Assembly (NCBI GenBank): GCA_951406725.2
Contig: OX597819.1
Location: 107,818,001 to 107,882,000 of the forward strand
Direction of reading: 5' to 3'
Length of the DNA: 64,000 nucleotides
Origin: Octopus vulgaris
Lineage: Eukaryota
The notes beneath the pieces were generated by a model that worked only from the letters and a program-made list of their open reading frames with translations, ran no database searches and was not told the DNA's origin. Position 1 is the first letter of the stretch. Every line of letters begins with the position of its first letter. The position numbers and the translations under genes are program-made. Positions 57,540-64,000 of this stretch are shown here, piece by piece.

Positions 57540-59450
57540 AAGGGAAGAATTTCGATTGTCTCCGCGTGGTGAGTTGTAATATATATAAGAAAGTAAAGAA
57601 GGAAAATGCACACACTTTACATAGTTTTAATATACTTTTTAATATATCTTGCATTGTGTTTGTCGACCGGTTTCACTTTCGCTATTCATGACATTAAAAT
57701 TTACTTAAACACGTATTTTCTTAAGAAATTTTTTGGTCCATGTTGAGAGTGAAATTTATGAATAAATCATTCAACAAGTAGAAAAATCTAAGGGGAAGTA
57801 ATTGGTTATCGTTATTATTGTGGGCATGGGAGATAACTGTTTAGCTTTCGGTAGGGTATGGGGAATATATTTGTATACACAAAAATTCGAAAACTAGATT
57901 AGTGGGGAGAAACATATACAGTGAAGGGTATTTAATCGTGAATTAAAATATGTAAAGAGATCAAAGTTGGTTATGCGTGCATATTTAGACGTGTTCTGTA
58001 TTCTTCTATGAAAAAATTTTCTGTATTTAAACGTTCTTGTAAAGAAATTGTATCTTTGCACTAGTAGAAGGGGAAAACTGTAAAATTTGGTTTGACGTTA
58101 CCTGCACATTTCTCTATGTGTTCGCTTAAAGGAATTTGTCTGTATTGCAAAAACCGGATCTGCTCTTTATGTAGAGTGGTTCTCCGTCTCAATGTCATAC
58201 TCGTTAGTCATATATAGTGATGTCCACATCCCCAGCAGGTTATTACATAAGTTAGGTTCTCAGAGGCACAAGTGAAGTTGGTTTTAATTGTGAACCTCTT
58301 TCCTTGTTTGAAAAGGAAATCCGAGCCTTCAAGTAGGTTGGGGCATGTTCCACATGGTTTCGTAGTTGTGTAAAGCTTCGCATTTGATAGAAGTCTCTTC
58401 AGCGATTTGTGGTGCTTTTTTGCATTTGATGAGTTTATGCGCTTTCAACATGTTTTTCATTTTTGGATCTCTAGTTAGTAAAGGGAGATTTTGCACAATA
58501 GTGTTGCATGCCTCTTTGTTTCTAGGGTTGTGGGTTAATATATACAGTAGTGTTTTGAGATGATGTATTGTGTTATGCTTTGTTGTCCTTAGTGTTTTTA
58601 TGTCTAATTTCTTGGCACGCTTAATTTCATCGTCTATAAGTGAGGATGGATATTATCTTTCAGTTAGTGTTGTTTTGAGGTCTTGAAGACGAAGATCCCG
58701 AGTAGTTCTATCAGACACTATTGTGCAAACCCTTTTTGCCAAATTAAAGGGGATATTAAATTCGATGTGTTTCGGGTGGCATGAGCTAAAGAGGAGATAT
58801 TGTTTCAAATCCGTTGGTTTATGATAGATGTCAGTTATAATTTGGTTGTTGACTTTTTTTATCATGATATCCAAAAATGGATATATTCCATTGTTATTTG
58901 AACGTTACTATTTATATCATTTAGTGTTAATTTGAAGTTCAAAAGTTTGTCAATAGTCTCCTTCCAAATGATAAAACAGTCATCCAGGTATCTTTTCCAG
59001 CTTTCTCTTATGTAATGGTGAAATGGATAACCATATTTTTGAACTGACACTTCATATATGGTGAATTCAAAATAACCCATTATCAGGTTCGCAAGAACAG
59101 GAGCTGCTTTCGTTCCCATCGCAATTCCGCATTTTTAGGATAGTATGTGTTATCAGATATGAAATAATTGTTCTGAAGTATTAATTTTAAAGATTCAATA
59201 ATAAAGATCTGACTTATGCGTTCCCGGAGTACTTTTCCAACCAGAATTTGATTGCTTTTATTCCATAGTCATGTGGAATAAAGATTGGTGTAAAGATTGA
59301 TAACATCGAGGGTAACCAATATTGCCTCTTCATTAATTGTTTTTTGTAGGTGCTCTAGCGTCTAAATCGTCTCTAATGAAACTTTCGATGTATCTCAGCA
59401 AGGGTTTCAGTAGAATGTCAAGAAAATTGCTTAGGCGGTGGATTTCAGTT
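57540..59450 (-). mobile_element. Decayed Penelope-like element (Neptune-like): RT, GIY-YIG and 3'UTR
   Basis: LDVINLYTN, GIAMGTKAAP, WKRYLDDCF, YHKPTD..QYL.FSSCHP, FTCASENLTYVITCWGC..YI; ORF ends near 57971; decayed hammerhead at 57661-57694. Confidence 0.9.
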
Positions 59451-60569
59451 ACAGTCAACCAACAAACCTATAAACAGGATGCTACAGTGAAGTACAGTGA
59501 GCCTAATTCGAAATGAGTACCCCAGCAAGGTAGAGGCCATTAAGTTGTAACAAGGTACTGCAGTAGTGTACAATAAACTTTAAATGTTAGTAATTACTAC
59601 AGTGAAGTGCAAGCCATCTAGATATATGTAGGTACTAGAATAAATACCATAATGATGTACATTCCAGGTAGCCATAATTAAATGATTTCATAAAAGTAGG
59701 TACAGAAATGAGGCATAGTCCAACACTTCATTCATAGGTTAGCGACCGAGTTCCAGATATGTCCCAAATTCAGGTAAAGTCAAGTTAACAATAAGTATCA
59801 CAGCGATTTACAGTCAATCAATCTATAAGCAAGAACTACAGTGAGATACAATAAGCGTAGCTATACGTAGTTACAACAGTCCAATTAGATGTAAGTAGGT
59901 TCCAAAGTGAGATATGTCGCAACTAGCTGCTAGTAGTTATTTCAGTGTAGGATTTTCAGTTATGTACTCTCCAACTAGCTTCAAGTAAAATTCACAGTGT
60001 CATACAGTGTACCAAGTTATAAGCATCTCAGTAAAATCATTCCAACTAGCAGAAACTAAGTACCAAACTGAGGTGCGGTCTCCAGCGGTAGGTATGTTAC
60101 ATTCAGAGAGACACTGCACCAAGATGTAAATAAATCTCATTGTGAGTTTCATAACATGTACATTTTAAGTGGGTACTAAATTAGGTACAGTCAAGCTAGA
60201 TATAATTAGGTATAATTGTATAATTATACAATCTTCTCTTCCACAGTATTTTCCACGTTGAAATGGAATCCTCTGAGTTATACGAAATTAGAACAGTGGG
60301 GTATAGTCGATTTAATTGAGATGTGTTACAACCTTTATGTTAACTTCACCTAAAAAGGACTAAGTACCAGAGTGAGGCACAGTCAAGCGAAAGGGGTGCA
60401 ACCAAACAAGTCACAGTCCACTTAGATTTAAATAGATTTTGTAATAAAAGGTAGAATCTGCCTAAACTAAGTTAAAGATTATGCGCCCAGAATCAACAAG
60501 TACGTGGTTCAGAATCGTACTTCATATCCACACGGTCGTGGATTCACCCATCGTATGGATTCATCCTTT

Positions 60570-61218
60570 CGTATTTCTTTACTGCCCACAAGGGGCTAAA
60601 CACAGAGGGGACAAACAAGGACAGACAAACAGATCAAGTCGATTATATCGACCCCAGTGTGTAACTGGTACTTATTTAATCGACCCCGAAAGGATGAAAG
60701 GCAAAGTCGACCTCGGCGGAATTTGAACTCAGAACGTAGCGGCAGACGAAATACCTATTTCTTTACTGCCCACAAGGGGCTACACACAGAGAGGACAAAC
60801 AAGGACAGACAAACGGATTAAGTCGATTATATCGACCCCCATGCGTTATTGGTACTTATTTAATCGACCCCGAAAGGATGAAGGCAAAGTCGACCTCGGT
60901 GGAATTTGAACTCAGAACGTAGCGGCAGACGAAATACAGCTAAGCATTTCGTCCGGCGTGCTAACGTTTCTGCCAGCTCGTCGCCCTATATAACCCATCA
61001 TAATCCTTTCCGCTACAGGCACAAGGCCTGGAACTTCTAGGGAGAGGCTAGTCGATTACATCGACCCCAGTGCTCAATTGGCACTTATTTGATCTACCCC
61101 GAAAGGGATGTAAAGCAAAGTCGACCTCAGCGGAATTTGAATTCAGAACGTTCAAATTCAGGAGAAATGCTGCTAAGCATCTAGTCCGGCGTGCAAACAA
61201 TTATGCTAGCACGCCTAC
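60570..61218 (-). mobile_element. Tandem SINE family A copies (60570-60755, 60757-60985) and a diverged copy (61003-61218)
   Basis: Repeated CGACCCCGAAAGGATGAAAGGCAAAGTCGACCTCGG. Confidence 0.85.
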
Positions 61219-61563
61219 TTATTCGCCCGTTATAATATATAAAGAAATATATTTGTATTCAAGCAACCGTGTGTGTGTATGTTTATAAATGAAACACGAA
61301 AGTTTGAACAATGAAACTTACCTTGTTGAAAACAACTTCAGTGGATCAGACGAAAACTTATAACAATCTCAAATTTATATTGAATATTTTGTGTAAACAT
61401 TCAGTGTACGTACGTATGTATGTATGTATGTATGTATGTATGTATGTATGTATGTATGTATGTATGTATGTATGTATGTATGTATGTATGTATGTATGTA
61501 TGTATGTATGCATGCATGTATGTATGTATGTATGTATGTATGTATGCATGCATGCATGCATAC

Positions 61564-61594
<31 letters not shown>

Positions 61595-61625
61595 TGTATG
61601 TATGTATGTATGGATGTATGTATGT

Positions 61626-61853
61626 CTCTTCTATTTTTTAAATTATTATAATCTTCCAGTGAGGAGGGAGCCGGTTTCCAACAAAGATACAAGGCTCCAT
61701 CTTTGGGATGTAGTTAACACAGACAAATTCACATTCGGAACTTGAGAAAAGTCTTGCATATTTTTACTATTCCTCTCACAGATTGGACTTGTAATGTAAG
61801 AATCAGCCGGTCAACTTCTCTCTCTGAAAATCCCAGTTTATCTAGATTCTCCT
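61626..61853 (-). mobile_element. 3' end of R4/Dong-like element, copy 3, flanked by (CATA)n on both sides
   Basis: ENLDKLGFSEREVDRLILTLQVQSVRGIVKICKTFLKFRM* matches the C-terminus at about 39460-39560; 3'UTR TTGTTGGAAACCGGCTC matches 39602. Confidence 0.85.
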
Positions 61854-62149
61854 TGTATGTATGTATGTATGTATGTATGTATGTATGTATGTATGTATGT
61901 GTGTATGTATGTATGTATGTATGCATGCATGCATGCATGCATGTATGTATGTATGTATGTATGTATGTATGTATGTACGTACATACGTTCGTAAGTACGA
62001 AAGGGTGGATCGATCGATCGATCGATCGACCGAAATTACCCTTAGATATATTTAGATGTCGCAGTGGAATACGGCTTATCATCCATCTAACAACAAACAG
62101 CCTCCCCTGTGAGGTACAGCGCACCTTTTTGTAAGTTGATGCCACAGTA

Positions 62150-62340
62150 ATGAACTCATGCACTTTGGAAAAAGAATGTGCTCAAACAGCCTTGTTCTCT
62201 TTCTTCGGAGAAACCACTCACAGCATCCAGTAATATCAGGGACTTAGAAGTGAATGTTAACGGCAATCTCGGTTGGAGTGCTCACATCAATAATAAAGTC
62301 GACTGGCTCACATGATTTCCCACAAGAATGTCAAGTCTCG
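62150..62340 (+). mobile_element. Short decayed CR1-like RT fragment
   Basis: ELMHFGK...SSNIRDLEVNVNGNLGWSAHINNKV. Confidence 0.55.
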
Positions 62341-62665
62341 TGAGTGCACCTAGATGCCAGTTTGGGTACAATACAGCAACCTGTAAGTAGGCATTAGAAA
62401 CGGGTACCAAGTTGCAATTAGTACCAGAAAAAGATCCATCTAGCAGTATGTTAGTGGCATAAAATCGGGTAGGCTGTAAGCAAGGACTTTATTTAGGCAC
62501 AGTTTATCTGGTCTGAAGGATATCGAGTCTAGTAACTAGTTACCACAATGAGATACATTCCATATAGTTGTATAGGGTCTTGCAGATAAATTGAGACCAA
62601 TTTAAGCAGTTGACTTAGTGGGTTTAACATTTTATTTTTTGACAAAACCTTGCTATATATATATA

Positions 62666-63713
62666 CTAGCATTAAAGACCCGTCGTTGCCGGGTCATAGT
62701 GCTAGTGCATGTATATATGTGTATATATATGTGTACATATTACATGTACATCTATATATATATACATCTACACATAAAATACAAAATACAAAGTTATATC
62801 TTGATATCGCTAGTGATAACAATACTCAAAATATATAACAGACTGGAATTGTTAGCCAGTCTCTTGTAATTTCGATCAATTGTATCTTGTCCTCCCTCTT
62901 GTATAGAAGTGTGGCTACAATCCAGCCTACCTCTACTTCTGGGGGGGGGGGCATTTTAAATTTTTTTTTTCCGGGACGTCCTACGTCCCAGATATAAAGG
63001 TAAAAATAAAATATTTCTACTTTGCAAGTTCGAGTCGAGTACTCCCTTGCACGCTCCGTTGACTCGAACTTTGCTTCTATTGTGGCGAATTTACCGCCTC
63101 TGATTAGATAATTTTAATAGTCGCACCAAGACACTTTTCGAAGGTGCTTTCCTCCATGTGTTCAAATCTTCTTTTTTCTCTACATTGTATACTTTATAGA
63201 CAATAGTCTTTTCTTTAATTTAATTTTTTATTATTCATCTGGACTATTCCATTTCTGCACGCTAATCTTATTTTTAATTTATTCCCATTCATGTGAAACC
63301 ACTTATTCAAGTTCAAGTCATTGATGCAATTTTATACCAATTGCTATTTTTACTTTTTGTTTGTTACGATTATATTATACTTTAGTTTGATTTTAATTAT
63401 TACTTACTACATATAATTCAATTGTTATTATTATTTTTATTGTTAAAGTGAAAGTATCTGACATAAAATAGAGAAATGTTTTTGCTTCACTTTTAACACG
63501 TAATACTGAAATAGTGGAGAAGATATGATATTGTTATGGGCTCGCTCTAGGCAAGAAGTTGAACATATTTTTTTTGCCCATGAAACTACATGGACCCTAA
63601 GTAAGGCATATGTAAAATTTGAATGAAATTGGTTGTGTAGTTCTCAAGTTTTAGGGAAACACACAGGCAGACAGACAGACAGACACACATTCTCAGTTTT
63701 ATATATATAAAGA
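62666..63713 (-). mobile_element. Non-autonomous Helitron-like element
   Basis: Minus A|TCTTATATATATAAAA plus (TCTG)n; 3' GACCCG..CGGGTC hairpin then CTAG|T. Confidence 0.75.
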
Positions 63714-63770
<57 letters not shown>

Positions 63771-64000
63771 TGTTGTCGGCTGGCCATCGTTGGTCGACAT
63801 TGGCTGTCCTGTTCTCAAATCATCTCCGGCAGTCTCACTTATAGGCTACAAGACCGGCTCTTAATCTGCGCATCCTCACAAGCTATATGGTAATTCAAGA
63901 GAAAATATTTCCATTGTACCACGAGCAGAGGAAGAAGTATCCTGAAAATTTCAAGGACTGTTCAGGATAGTTTATGTGATTCAAGCAGCGACACAATCTC

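Noticed and set aside
61729-62163. 144-aa ORF as a chimeric gene
   Set aside because: Chance read-through across a microsatellite into the R4 C-terminus

Overview
Repeat-dense, AT-rich eukaryotic DNA. The microsatellite load and tRNA-derived SINE types suggest a coleoid cephalopod such as Octopus (inference). It is probably intronic or intergenic: no host CDS is confidently recognisable, though two weak minus-strand exon candidates exist. Most listed ORFs are microsatellite artefacts. Recognisable content: a near-intact 5'-truncated Tx1/L1 LINE inside a (GATA)n array; a near full-length CR1 LINE nested in a decayed Penelope-like element; a second Penelope-like element; four R4/Dong-like RLE retrotransposon fragments; three DD37D (maT) copies; three mariner copies; Tc1, pogo and hAT fragments; Helitron-like non-autonomous elements; and three SINE families. 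Two signals stand out. (1) Non-LTR retrotransposons that appear to target different microsatellites: R4-like in (CATA)n three times with the same polarity, Tx1 in (GATA)n, Dong-like at (TAA)n. (2) Numerous hammerhead-ribozyme-like motifs, two with intact cores, often as inverted pairs in small non-coding elements beside simple repeats, probably Penelope-derived. All calls were made by eye; coordinates of decayed elements are approximate.
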